From positions 384,001 through 448,000 of the forward strand of contig CAWJSJ010000001.1 of NCBI GenBank assembly GCA_963845565.1: a stretch of DNA of 64,000 nt, in the 5' to 3' direction. This DNA is from an uncultured Methylomirabilota bacterium (lineage in GTDB: Bacteria; Methylomirabilota; Methylomirabilia; Methylomirabilales; 2-02-FULL-66-22). Shown here in pieces: positions 29,873 to 39,474 of the stretch (its first letter is position 1; each line of letters starts with the position of its first letter). The notes under the pieces are model-generated. The model was not told where the DNA came from and made no database searches. It saw only the letters and a program-made list of their open reading frames with translations. A program made the position numbers and the translations under genes.

Positions 29873-31693
29873 GTGAATCCCTTTTTCAAGAATCTCGCCC
29901 TGTGGCTGGTGATCGGCCTCATCATGGTGCTGGTGTTTAACATTTTCAACCAGACTCAGCCCATGCAGAAGGAGCTGATTTTCAGCGATTTCATGGCCAA
30001 GGTGGAGCGAGGCGAAGTCGGCGAGGTGACGCTGCGCGGCAGCGACATTACCGGCCGCCTCAGCGACAACTCGGTGTTTCGAAGCTACGCCCCGGAGGAT
30101 AGGGACATGTTGCCCCTGCTGCGCAAGCAGGGGGTGAAGATCACGGCCAAGCCCTCGGAGGGCCAGCCGTGGTACATGACCTTCCTGCTGTCGTGGTTGC
30201 CCATGTTGCTCTTCCTGGGGATCTGGATCTTTTTCATGCGGCAGATGCAAGGCGGCGGCGCCAAGGCACTCTCCTTCGGCAAGAGCCGCGCGCGGCTCCT
30301 GTCCGATAAGCAGAACAAGGTGACCTTCGCGGACGTCGCCGGCGTGGACGAGGCCAAGGAGGAGCTGCAGGAGATCATCGAGTTCCTGAAGGACCCGCAG
30401 AAGTTCCAGAAGCTGGGCGGGCGCATCCCCAAGGGCGTGCTCCTGATGGGACCGCCGGGCACGGGGAAGACGCTCCTGGCTCGGGCCATCGCGGGCGAAG
30501 CCAACGTGCCCTTCTTTTCCATCTCCGGGTCGGATTTCGTGGAGATGTTCGTGGGTGTGGGCGCGTCCCGGGTCCGGGACCTCTTCGAGCAGGGCAAGAA
30601 GAACGCCCCCTGTATTATCTTCATGGACGAGATCGACGCCGTCGGCCGCCACCGTGGGGCCGGCCTCGGCGGGGGCCACGACGAGCGGGAGCAGACACTG
30701 AATCAACTGCTCGTCGAGATGGACGGGTTCGAGTCCAACGACGGGGTGATCCTGATCGCGGCCACCAATCGCCCGGACGTCTTGGACCCGGCGCTGTTGC
30801 GCCCGGGCCGGTTCGATCGGCAGGTGGTGGTGGCGCGTCCGGACGTGAAGGGGCGCGAGGGGATCCTGAAGGTCCACACGCGAAAGATCCCGCTTGGCCC
30901 CGACGTGGATCTGCAGGTGCTGGCCCGTGGGACGCCGGGCTTCTCGGGCGCGGACCTCGCCAATCTGGTGAACGAGGGGGCGCTCTTGGCGGCGCGGGCC
31001 AACAAGAAGCTCGTGGAGATGCCGGATTTTGAAAACGCCAAGGACAAGGTCCTGATGGGTGTGGAGCGCAAGAGCCTGGTGGTCAGTGCCAAGGAGCGGC
31101 GGATCACCGCGTACCACGAGGCCGGGCACGCCTTGGTGGCGAAGCTTCTGCCGGGCACGGACCCGATTCACAAGGTGACCATCATCCCGCGCGGCCGGGC
31201 GCTGGGCGTGACGCAGCAGCTGCCCACGGAGGACAAGCACAACTACTCCAAGGAGTTCTTGCTGAACGACATTGCCATCCTCTACGGAGGGCGGATCGCC
31301 GAAGAGATCGTGTTCGGCGAGCCGGAGGTGACGACGGGGGCCATGAACGACATCGAGCGGGCCACCGAAATGGCCCGCAAGATGGTGTGCGAGTGGGGTA
31401 TGAGCGAGAAGATGGGTCCCCTCCAGTTCGGCAAGCGGGAGGAGATGGTGTTCCTCGGTCGCGAGATCGCCCAGCATCAGGACTACAGCGAGCACACCGC
31501 GATGGAGATCGACCGCGAGGTGCGTCGCATCGTGATGGAGAACTACGAGCGCGCCAAGGGACTGGTGCAGCGCCGACTGGACTCCTTGCATCACCTGGCC
31601 GAAGCCCTCTTGGAGCGCGAGGTGCTGGACGGCCTCGAGGTTGACACGATCGTGAAGGGTGCGGGGTCTCCTGCGCCCGCCGCCGCGGCGTAA
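29873..31693 (+). CDS. ftsH: ATP-dependent zinc metalloprotease FtsH
   Basis: GTG start after AGGAG; two TMs, [25 protein letters not shown]. Confidence 0.98.
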   Translation: MNPFFKNLALWLVIGLIMVLVFNIFNQTQPMQKELIFSDFMAKVERGEVGEVTLRGSDITGRLSDNSVFRSYAPEDRDMLPLLRKQGVKITAKPSEGQPWYMTFLLSWLPMLLFLGIWIFFMRQMQGGGAKALSFGKSRARLLSDKQNKVTFADVAGVDEAKEELQEIIEFLKDPQKFQKLGGRIPKGVLLMGPPGTGKTLLARAIAGEANVPFFSISGSDFVEMFVGVGASRVRDLFEQGKKNAPCIIFMDEIDAVGRHRGAGLGGGHDEREQTLNQLLVEMDGFESNDGVILIAATNRPDVLDPALLRPGRFDRQVVVARPDVKGREGILKVHTRKIPLGPDVDLQVLARGTPGFSGADLANLVNEGALLAARANKKLVEMPDFENAKDKVLMGVERKSLVVSAKERRITAYHEAGHALVAKLLPGTDPIHKVTIIPRGRALGVTQQLPTEDKHNYSKEFLLNDIAILYGGRIAEEIVFGEPEVTTGAMNDIERATEMARKMVCEWGMSEKMGPLQFGKREEMVFLGREIAQHQDYSEHTAMEIDREVRRIVMENYERAKGLVQRRLDSLHHLAEALLEREVLDGLEVDTIVKGAGSPAPAAAA

Positions 31694-31794
31694 GCCGTTG
31701 TCAAAAATAACTTGACCGGAGAAATTTCGGAAACGGCATAAGGAGCCGTAACGAAATGGAGAACCTGGACAAGTTATTTCGTAACGGCTCCTAA
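31691..31794 (+). repeat. Dispersed ~105-bp structured element, copy B
   Basis: TAA-GCCGTTGTCAAA...AACGGCA-TAA-GGAGCCGTAACGAAAT...ATTTCGTAACGGCTCC-TAA; first TAA is the ftsH stop. Confidence 0.92.
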
Positions 31795-32093
31795 ACGCCG
31801 GGGGGCCACCCGCGGCGCGACGGGCCTCTCCGGGGGCGAACTTCGCGTGCCGGTTTCGCGGAAGACCCATGAGTCAGCGGGTCGTGTCAATCTGGGGAGG
31901 ACGGACGCTCGGATGTCTCCTGCCTCCCGGGGCGCGCGCGGCGGCTGAGCCGCCGGTCGTCGCCCTGGTCTCCCAGCCCGTGAGCGCCCGGGAATTGATC
32001 GGGCTCGTCTCTTCGGTCTTCCACTGCCGTCCCGCATCCTGTTATGGCGTCGGTTCCCCGCCTCTCTGTTCACCCCTGCCGGAGGGATGAGGG

Positions 32094-32912
32094 ATGTTCG
32101 GGCTACTCCATCAGTTTCGCTGGATCGACGCCCTTGACATCCTGATCGTGGCGTTCGCCATCTACCAGATCATCCTGGCGGTGCGCGGGACCCGGGCGTT
32201 TCAGATGCTGTTGGGGCTCGCGCTCCTGTATGTTGCGTCCTGGGTCTCGCTCCGCATCGGCCTGGTGACGGTGAACTGGGCCATCTCCAACCTGCTGGCG
32301 GTGTGGCTGCTGCTGGTGATCATCCTGTTCCAGCCCGAACTACGGCGGGCCCTGGCGAGCATGGGCCGCCGCGGGAGCCTGCTGCGTGTCTTCTGGCGGT
32401 ACCAGGAGGCGCACATGATCGACGAGGTGGTGCGCGCCGTCACCGCGCTGGCCGCCAAGAAGGTGGGGGCAATCGTGGTGCTGGAACGAGACTCCCGCCT
32501 GTCGGACATCGTGGACTCCGGGACGGCGGTGGACGCCATCGTGTCACGGCGGTTGCTGGAGTCGATCTTCTACCCGTACTCTCCCTTGCACGACGGGGCG
32601 GCCATTTTGAGCCGGGACCGGATCGTGGCCGCCTCGTGCTTCTTGCCGCTCAGCATCAATTCCGAGCTCCCGCGGGATCTGGGGACCCGCCACCGAGCCG
32701 CCGTCGGCGTGACCGAGGAGAGCGACGCGATCGCGATCGTGGTGTCGGAGGAAACCGGAACCATCTCCCTCGTGGTCGGAGGAGACATCACCCGAAACCT
32801 GGACGGGGCGGTCGTTCGACAGCGGCTGGGTCGCTTGCTGGGCCCGCCGCGACGGGCGTTCGGTCGCACGAAGACCAAAACGGTCGCCGCGGCCGGCGGG
32901 CCGGGGGAGTGA
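32094..32912 (+). CDS. cdaA: Membrane diadenylate cyclase CdaA (DacA)
   Basis: Three N-terminal TMs, FQPELRRAL, PLHDGA, GTRHRAA, VSEETG. Confidence 0.95.
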   Translation: MFGLLHQFRWIDALDILIVAFAIYQIILAVRGTRAFQMLLGLALLYVASWVSLRIGLVTVNWAISNLLAVWLLLVIILFQPELRRALASMGRRGSLLRVFWRYQEAHMIDEVVRAVTALAAKKVGAIVVLERDSRLSDIVDSGTAVDAIVSRRLLESIFYPYSPLHDGAAILSRDRIVAASCFLPLSINSELPRDLGTRHRAAVGVTEESDAIAIVVSEETGTISLVVGGDITRNLDGAVVRQRLGRLLGPPRRAFGRTKTKTVAAAGGPGE

Positions 32913-32944
32913 ACGCGCGGTCGGTATGACGGCGGCGGGGCGCG

Positions 32945-33598
32945 ATGCACATGCGGACATGGCTCCTGTACAATCCAGGTCTCAAACTCCTCTCGCTCGC
33001 GCTGGCGGCGTTCCTCTGGATCGTCGTGCTGGGGGAGCAGAAGGTCGATGTGACGGTGCACGTCCCGCTGCAACTCGCGCTGCCTCAGGGCCTCTTCATG
33101 ACGAACGATCCGGTGGATTCCCTGGATATTCACCTCCGCGGTCCAAAGACGCTGGTGACGTCGCTCGCCCCGCGCGAGGTTGCGCTGGAGGAGTTGTCCG
33201 TCAAGTGGGTGGAAGGGGAGAACATCATTCCGATCCGGCCTGATCTGGTGCGCGTCCCGCGCGGAATCCAGGTCGTCGCGGTCACTCCGCAGCGGGTGCG
33301 GGTGGTGCTGGAGTCGTCCGGCGAGCGCGAGGTGGAGATCACCCCTCGGGTGGAAGGGGGGCCGCCGGCGGGATATGTGGTCCGCCGGGTCGTGGCCGTG
33401 CCGGCGCGCATCCGCATCGTCGGCCCGACCAGCGAGCTACGCCGGATTACCCGGCTCCACACGCTGCCGATCAGCGTGACGGGGCAGACGGCCTCGTTCT
33501 CCGCCCGGGTCCTGCTGGAACCGGTCGGGCGCCAAGTCCAGGTGCGGGACAGCGACTCGGTCACCGTCGAGGTCGAGATCGGACAGAAGCCATCCTAG
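32945..33598 (+). CDS. cdaR: CdaR / YbbR-like regulator of CdaA
   Basis: N-terminal KLLSLALAAFLW TM and YbbR-like beta domains; located between cdaA and glmM. Confidence 0.85.
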   Translation: MHMRTWLLYNPGLKLLSLALAAFLWIVVLGEQKVDVTVHVPLQLALPQGLFMTNDPVDSLDIHLRGPKTLVTSLAPREVALEELSVKWVEGENIIPIRPDLVRVPRGIQVVAVTPQRVRVVLESSGEREVEITPRVEGGPPAGYVVRRVVAVPARIRIVGPTSELRRITRLHTLPISVTGQTASFSARVLLEPVGRQVQVRDSDSVTVEVEIGQKPS

Positions 33599-33701
33599 GC
33601 CGTTGTCAAAGAATATCTTGACCGGAGAAATTCCGGGAACGGCATAAGGAGCCGTAACGAAATTTCAAATAATGGCCGAATTATTTCATAACGGCTCCTA
33701 A
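33596..33701 (+). repeat. Dispersed ~105-bp structured element, copy C
   Basis: Same consensus as copy B; begins at the cdaR TAG stop, between cdaR and glmM. Confidence 0.92.
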
Positions 33702-33723
33702 GCGAAGCGGACGGAGGAAGGGC

Positions 33724-35076
33724 ATGGGACGATTGTTCGGGACGGACGGTGTGCGCGGCGTGGCCAATCAGGAGCCCATGACGCCGGAGACCGTGGTCAA
33801 GCTGGGACGGGCGGCGGCGCACCGCCTCAAGGCCCCCGGCGACCGGCGGAGCATCGTGATCGGGAAGGACACGCGGCTGACCGGCTACATGCTCGAGACC
33901 GCCCTGACGGCGGGCATCACCTCCATGGGCGTGGACGTGATCCTGGTCGGCCCCCTCCCCACGCCCGGCATCGCCTTCATCACGCGCAGCCTGCGCGCCG
34001 ACGCGGGCGTGGTCATCTCGGCCTCGCACAACTCCTTCGAGGACAACGGGATCAAGTTCTTCTCGGGGGAGGGTTTGAAGCTGCCCGACGCGCTGGAAGC
34101 CGAGATCGAGGACCTGATCTTCTCGGGGGCCCTCGATCGGATCCGCCCGCCCGCCAACGACATCGGGAAGGCCTACCGGGTCGGCGACGCGGCAGGCCGG
34201 TATATCGAGTTCGCCAAGAACTCGTTCCCGAAAGGCCTCACCCTGCGGGGCCTGAAGGTGGCGGTGGATTGCGCACACGGCGCGGCGTATCGCGTTTCGC
34301 CGGCGGTGCTGCAGGAGCTCGGCGCGGAAGTCATCGCGCTCAACGTGTCGCCGGACGGTCTCAACATCAACGCGGGGTGCGGGTCGCTGCAACCCGACCA
34401 GCTCCAGCGGGTGGTGGTGGCGGAGCGGGCCCACGTCGGATTCGCGCACGACGGGGACGGGGATCGCGTTCTCGCCGTGGACGAGACCGGGGCCCTGGTG
34501 GACGGCGATCAGATCCTGGCCGTGTGCGCCACGGACCTCGCCGCCGCGGGGCGCCTCCCGGCGCGGACGGTGGTGGCGACGGTGATGAGCAACGTCGGTC
34601 TCGAGGTGGCCCTGCGCGACGCGGGGATCGGTCTGGTGCGCACGGCGGTCGGAGACCGGTACGTCCTCGAGGAGATGCTCCGTCACGGGTATACCCTCGG
34701 CGGGGAACAATCGGGGCACATCATCTTTACGGAGCACAACACGACCGGAGACGGCGTCGTCACTGCCTTGCAGGTCCTGGCGACGATGGTGCGGTCGGGC
34801 AAGCCCCTGTCCGAGCTGGCGGCCTGCATGCGGCGGTTTCCTCAGGTTCTCCAGAACGTCCGCGTCCGGCGCAGGGAGGACCTGGCGGCGCTGCCTGCGG
34901 TCCGGCAGGAGATCCAGGCCGCCGAGGCCGCCTTGACGGGCTGCGGGCGCGTCCTGGTGCGCTACTCGGGGACCGAGCCGCTGGTGCGGGTGATGATCGA
35001 GGGCCCGGACGAGGAGCGCATCCGGTCGCTGGCGGAGACCATCGCGGCGGCCATACAGACGGCGATCGGCGAGTGA
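33724..35076 (+). CDS. glmM: Phosphoglucosamine mutase
   Basis: [34 protein letters not shown]. Confidence 0.97.
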   Translation: MGRLFGTDGVRGVANQEPMTPETVVKLGRAAAHRLKAPGDRRSIVIGKDTRLTGYMLETALTAGITSMGVDVILVGPLPTPGIAFITRSLRADAGVVISASHNSFEDNGIKFFSGEGLKLPDALEAEIEDLIFSGALDRIRPPANDIGKAYRVGDAAGRYIEFAKNSFPKGLTLRGLKVAVDCAHGAAYRVSPAVLQELGAEVIALNVSPDGLNINAGCGSLQPDQLQRVVVAERAHVGFAHDGDGDRVLAVDETGALVDGDQILAVCATDLAAAGRLPARTVVATVMSNVGLEVALRDAGIGLVRTAVGDRYVLEEMLRHGYTLGGEQSGHIIFTEHNTTGDGVVTALQVLATMVRSGKPLSELAACMRRFPQVLQNVRVRRREDLAALPAVRQEIQAAEAALTGCGRVLVRYSGTEPLVRVMIEGPDEERIRSLAETIAAAIQTAIGE

Positions 35077-35148
35077 GGGCGGGGCGCCGAGCGCGGCTCG
35101 GGTCCCGGCGGGAGCCATGGGCGATACACCACAGGGCGGGGTGAGGCG

Positions 35149-35877
35149 ATGACGACGCTCGTTGTCGGGCTGGATCAGCTGGCCATGTTGCGGCACGCCG
35201 GCGGTACGCGCGACCCGGATCCGGTCGTGGCGGCGGCTCTCGCGGAGCTGGCCGGGGCGGGCGGGGTTCGCGTGACCTGCGGCCGCGAGCAGGGCGGCAT
35301 CCAGGAACGAGACGTGCGGATGCTGCGCGAGGTGGTGCGGACGGCCCTGATAGTCCGCATGCCGGCCCAGGACGAGTTTCTCAAGTTGGCCCTCGCCGTG
35401 CGCCCGGACGTGGTGACGCTGATCCCAGGCGCCCGGGAAGGGCTCGGCGCCGAGCGCGGGCTGGATGTGGAGGATCGCCGCGAGGAGATCCTTCCATTCG
35501 TCGAAGCCCTCAAGGCGAGCGGCATCCTGGTCGCCGTCCTGGTGGACCCGGTGCCGACCCAGATAAAGGCGGCGCAGCGTTCGGGGGCCGGGGCGGTGCT
35601 GATCCACACCGGGCGATTCTGCTGGGCGACCAGCGATGCCGCCCGGGCGACGGAGTTCGACGCGCTCACCAACGCGGTCAAGATGGGCCACCGGTTGGGG
35701 CTCGCCATCCACGCCGGAGGAGGACTCACCTTCCAGAGCATGGGCGCCCTGGCCGAACTGCCGGAGATTACAGCCGTGGACGTCGGGCACGGCGTGATCG
35801 CCCGGGCGGCGTTGACGGGCATGGGTGAGGCCGTCCGGGAGGTTCGTCAGCTCCTGCAGGGCGGCTCGGCCCGATGA
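35149..35877 (+). CDS. pdxJ: PdxJ-like protein (pyridoxine 5'-phosphate synthase fold) with degenerate active site
   Basis: Full-length similarity (PDPV, ERDVRMLR, GLDV, IHTG, HAGxGL, GH..IARA) and the glmM-pdxJ-acpS position; catalytic residues replaced. Confidence 0.8.
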   Translation: MTTLVVGLDQLAMLRHAGGTRDPDPVVAAALAELAGAGGVRVTCGREQGGIQERDVRMLREVVRTALIVRMPAQDEFLKLALAVRPDVVTLIPGAREGLGAERGLDVEDRREEILPFVEALKASGILVAVLVDPVPTQIKAAQRSGAGAVLIHTGRFCWATSDAARATEFDALTNAVKMGHRLGLAIHAGGGLTFQSMGALAELPEITAVDVGHGVIARAALTGMGEAVREVRQLLQGGSAR

Positions 35878-36257
35878 TCCTCGGGATCGGCACGGACCTG
35901 GTGGAGATCGTGCGCGTGGAAGATCTCCTGTCGCGCCACCAGGAGCGGTTTCTGAGCCGGGTCTTTACCCCCGCGGAACGGGGGGACTGTCTCGACCGCG
36001 CCCGTCCGGCGATGCACTTGGCCGCGCGTCTGGCGGCCAAGGAGGCGGCCATGAAAGCCCTGGGAACCGGATGGGGATTGGGCGTCCGGTGGCTGGACAT
36101 CGAGATCCGGTCTGGGGACGGCACGCCGCCCAGCCTGTCCTGGACGGGCGCGGCTGGTGCCCGCGCGGAGGCCCTGGGTATTCGGCAGACCCTGGTGAGC
36201 CTCTCGCACGACGGCGGGTACGCATTGGCGTTGGTGGTGGCCACGGACGGACGATGA
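35874..36257 (+). CDS. acpS: Holo-[acyl-carrier-protein] synthase
   Basis: GIGTDLVE, RVFTPAE, AAKEAAMKALGTG, SLSHD. Confidence 0.95.
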   Translation: MILGIGTDLVEIVRVEDLLSRHQERFLSRVFTPAERGDCLDRARPAMHLAARLAAKEAAMKALGTGWGLGVRWLDIEIRSGDGTPPSLSWTGAAGARAEALGIRQTLVSLSHDGGYALALVVATDGR

Positions 36258-36300
36258 GCGGGGGCGGGCGTCGGAGTCCCGGCGCGGCGATCGAGGGGCC

Positions 36301-37866
36301 ATGATTCGAGTGGCGACGGCGTCGGAGATGCAGGCGATGGATCGGCGGGCTGCCGCCGAGTTCGGGATTCCGTCGCTGCTCCTGATGGAGAACGCCGGCT
36401 CGGAAACGGTGCGCGAGATCCTCGCGGCGTTTCCCGGGATCGGCGGGCTGCGCGTCCTGGTGCTGTGCGGGCGGGGGAACAACGGCGGGGACGGATTCGT
36501 GATCGCGCGCCGACTCCTCGGCCGGGGCATCTCGGTCCGCACCGTGCTGCTTGCGCCCCGGGAGGTGGTGCAGGGCGACGCCCGGATCAATCTGGAGATT
36601 CTGGAGAAACTGGGCGCGCCGCCGGTCGAGATGCCTGATTCGAGCCATCTTTCCGGTCTGCGGGAGTGCCTCTTTTGGGCCGACGTGGTGGTCGACGCGA
36701 TCATGGGGACCGGCGCCCGTGGGCCGGCGCGCGATGTCCTGGCCGAGGCGATCGACGCGGTGAATCGGTCGGGGCGTCCGGTGGTCTCTGTGGATATTCC
36801 GTCGGGCCTCGGCGCCGATCAGGCAGAAGCGGCGGGCCCCGCCGTCCGCGCGACGCTCACGGTGACCTTCGCCGCGCCGAAGCGGAGCCTGCTCCTCTTC
36901 CCGGCCGCGGCCCACGCCGGGCGGGTCCGGGTGGTGGACATCGGCATCCCGCGGGCGTTGTGGACTGGCGAGGAGATCGGCGTTGGCCTGCTGCAGGCCG
37001 CCGACGTGCAGGGGGCCTTTCCTGTTCGGGAGCCCGCGGCGCACAAGGGGAGCTACGGTCACGTCCTGGTCATCGCCGGGTCAGTGGGCAAGACCGGCGC
37101 GGCGGCCCTGGCGGCCCTGGGCGCCCAGCGGATCGGCGCCGGCCTGGTGACGCTGGCGGTGCCGGCCAGCCTGAATGACATCCTCGAGGTGAAACTGACC
37201 GAGGCCATGACCGCGCCGGTGCCGGAGACCGAGGCGCGGACGATGGCCCTGGCGGCCCTGGAGCCGCTGCTCCGCCTGGCGGAAGGCAAGGACGCGGTGG
37301 CGATCGGCCCGGGTCTGGGGACGCACCCAGCGACCCAGGCACTGGTCCGCGAGCTGGTGACGCGGCTCCGCATGCCCGTGGTGGTGGATGCGGATGGCCT
37401 GAACGCGCTGGCAGGCGCGGCGCAATGTCTGCGCGACGCCGCCGGGCCGCTGGTCCTGACACCGCACCCGGGCGAGTGCGCCCGGCTGCTCGGCGTGTCG
37501 GTCGCGGCCCTTCTGGCGGAGCGGATCCCGGTGGTTCAGAAGACCTCCGCAGATTGGCATCTCAATCTGGTCCTGAAGATGGCCCGGACGCTGGTCGGGG
37601 ACCCGACGGGCGGCGTCGCCATTGTTCCGACGGGGAACCCGGGTATGGCCACGGGAGGGACGGGCGACGTCCTGACCGGTGTGATCGCGGGCCTCATCGC
37701 CCAGGGGGCGGCGGCCCCGCTGGCCGCGCGCGCCGGGGCTTACGTCCACGGCCTGGCGGGCGACCTGGCGGCAGGTCGCCTGGGGCCGGAGGCGATGCTG
37801 GCAGGGGACCTCCTGGACGCCCTGCCCGAGGCGATCGGGCGGGTGAAGACGGGTGATCCGGCATGA
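36301..37866 (+). CDS. nnr: Bifunctional NAD(P)H-hydrate epimerase/dehydratase
   Basis: LMENAG, GNNGGDG, DIPSG, HKGSYG, DADGLN, TPHPGE, ATGGTGDVL. Confidence 0.95.
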   Translation: MIRVATASEMQAMDRRAAAEFGIPSLLLMENAGSETVREILAAFPGIGGLRVLVLCGRGNNGGDGFVIARRLLGRGISVRTVLLAPREVVQGDARINLEILEKLGAPPVEMPDSSHLSGLRECLFWADVVVDAIMGTGARGPARDVLAEAIDAVNRSGRPVVSVDIPSGLGADQAEAAGPAVRATLTVTFAAPKRSLLLFPAAAHAGRVRVVDIGIPRALWTGEEIGVGLLQAADVQGAFPVREPAAHKGSYGHVLVIAGSVGKTGAAALAALGAQRIGAGLVTLAVPASLNDILEVKLTEAMTAPVPETEARTMALAALEPLLRLAEGKDAVAIGPGLGTHPATQALVRELVTRLRMPVVVDADGLNALAGAAQCLRDAAGPLVLTPHPGECARLLGVSVAALLAERIPVVQKTSADWHLNLVLKMARTLVGDPTGGVAIVPTGNPGMATGGTGDVLTGVIAGLIAQGAAAPLAARAGAYVHGLAGDLAAGRLGPEAMLAGDLLDALPEAIGRVKTGDPA

Positions 37867-37918
37867 CCGAGCGCCCGGCGTCCTCCCCCTCGGGGGCGTG
37901 GGGAGTGGAAGGGTCGTG

Positions 37919-38458
37919 ATGACCGTGTTGGCGCTGGGCGATTGCGAGCTGTCCTGGGAGTCCGCGTCTCCCGAGGAGAGCCTCCGAGCCGGGGAAGCCC
38001 TGGGCCGCTTCCTCCGACCGGGCGATCTCGTGGCGTTGTTTGGCGAATTGGGGAGCGGAAAGACGCTCTTTGTCCGCGGCATCGCGATGGGCTTGGGCTG
38101 CCGGCCGGAAGAGGTTCACAGTCCAAGCTTCACGCTGGTGAACGAGTATGACGGTGCGGGGAAAGAGGCCGCGGCCACCTCGCCGTGGCGGCTTGCCCAC
38201 ATCGATCTGTACCGGATCCGCTCCGAAGCGGATCTCCCGGGCATCGGGTGGGACGAGTACCTGAGCGTGCGCTACATCGTCGCGGTCGAGTGGGCCGAGC
38301 GCGCCGTGCGCTCGCTGCCGCGAGACCATCTGCGGGTGCGGCTGGACGCACGGGGCGGCGACCGGCGGCGCGTGTCTGCACAGGCCACGGGATCCCGATC
38401 CGCGCGTATCTTGCGGGAGTGGTTGGCGACACTCGGTGTCCATGTGGTGCCGGCGTAG
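37919..38458 (+). CDS. tsaE: tRNA t6A biosynthesis ATPase TsaE
   Basis: GELGSGKT, SPSFTLVNEY, HIDLYR, VEWA; start uncertain. Confidence 0.93.
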   Translation: MTVLALGDCELSWESASPEESLRAGEALGRFLRPGDLVALFGELGSGKTLFVRGIAMGLGCRPEEVHSPSFTLVNEYDGAGKEAAATSPWRLAHIDLYRIRSEADLPGIGWDEYLSVRYIVAVEWAERAVRSLPRDHLRVRLDARGGDRRRVSAQATGSRSARILREWLATLGVHVVPA

Positions 38459-38607
38459 CCTCGCCGACATGGGAGAACGGCACGGCGATTCTGCGGGGGA
38501 AGCGATGCGCTCCTGTGGCGCCCGGGCGGCGGGCGAGGGGCAGGAGGCGACGGGGTAGGGGTTCCTTTCCGCCGGGGCTCTTCGGGAGTCCCTGATGAGG
38601 TCGGACC

Positions 38608-39432
38608 ATGACGATCGTGGCGATTTCGCGGGAAATGGGGAGCGGGGGGTACGAAGTTGCGTCGGCCGCGGCCAAGATCCTCGGCTATGACTACGTGGAC
38701 CGGGAGATCCTGCTCCACGCGGCGCGCGTCCATGACGTGTCGGAGGAGAAGATCACCGACGTCGCCGACCGGCACCTGTCGCTCTGGGAGCGGTTCGACG
38801 AGGAGAAGCGCCGCTACCTGACGTTCATCGAGGCGGCGTATTACTCCTTTGCGGAAAAGGGGAATGTGGTCACCGCGGGACGCGGCGGCCCGTTCTTTCT
38901 GCGCAACGTGACCCATGCCGTGCGGGTCCGGATCATGGCGCCCTTCGAGGTGCGGGTGCGGCGGGTGATGGAGCGGGAGAAACTGGACCACAAGGCGGCC
39001 GTCGGGAAGGTGCGGAACTACGACCGCGAGCTTGCCGGGCGCATCGATTACCTGTTCGGGCTGGACTGGACGCTCCCCGAGAACTACGACCTGGTGATCA
39101 ACACCGAGGCGGACGCCTGGCAGTTCTACATCGACCTGTTGGTCGCCACCGCCCGGCATGCCCGATTCCAGCCGACGCCGGAATCGCTCCAGCGGGTGCG
39201 GGACCTGAGCCTGGGGGCGCGGGTGCGGGCAGCCATCGCCAAGGACCCGCTGACCAAGAACATCAACGTCGAGGTGGTGGCCCACGGCGGTCAGGTGGCG
39301 CTGAAAGGCGTTGTCTTCAGCCCGGCCATGATGGATGCGGCGGCGGGGGTGGCCCGACACGTCCCGGGTGTCACGCAGGTATCCTGCGAGGCCGTGGAGA
39401 TTCCGCGGGTCTACCCCGGCCCGATCATGTAG
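38608..39432 (+). CDS. Cytidylate kinase-like family protein with C-terminal BON-like domain
   Basis: ISREMGSGG, GRGG, YDLVINT; C-terminal INVEVV..GQVALKGVV...VPGVTQV. Confidence 0.8.
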   Translation: MTIVAISREMGSGGYEVASAAAKILGYDYVDREILLHAARVHDVSEEKITDVADRHLSLWERFDEEKRRYLTFIEAAYYSFAEKGNVVTAGRGGPFFLRNVTHAVRVRIMAPFEVRVRRVMEREKLDHKAAVGKVRNYDRELAGRIDYLFGLDWTLPENYDLVINTEADAWQFYIDLLVATARHARFQPTPESLQRVRDLSLGARVRAAIAKDPLTKNINVEVVAHGGQVALKGVVFSPAMMDAAAGVARHVPGVTQVSCEAVEIPRVYPGPIM

Positions 39433-39474
39433 GGGCAACCGTCGAACGTCTTTTTATCACCCCTGGAGCGCGCG

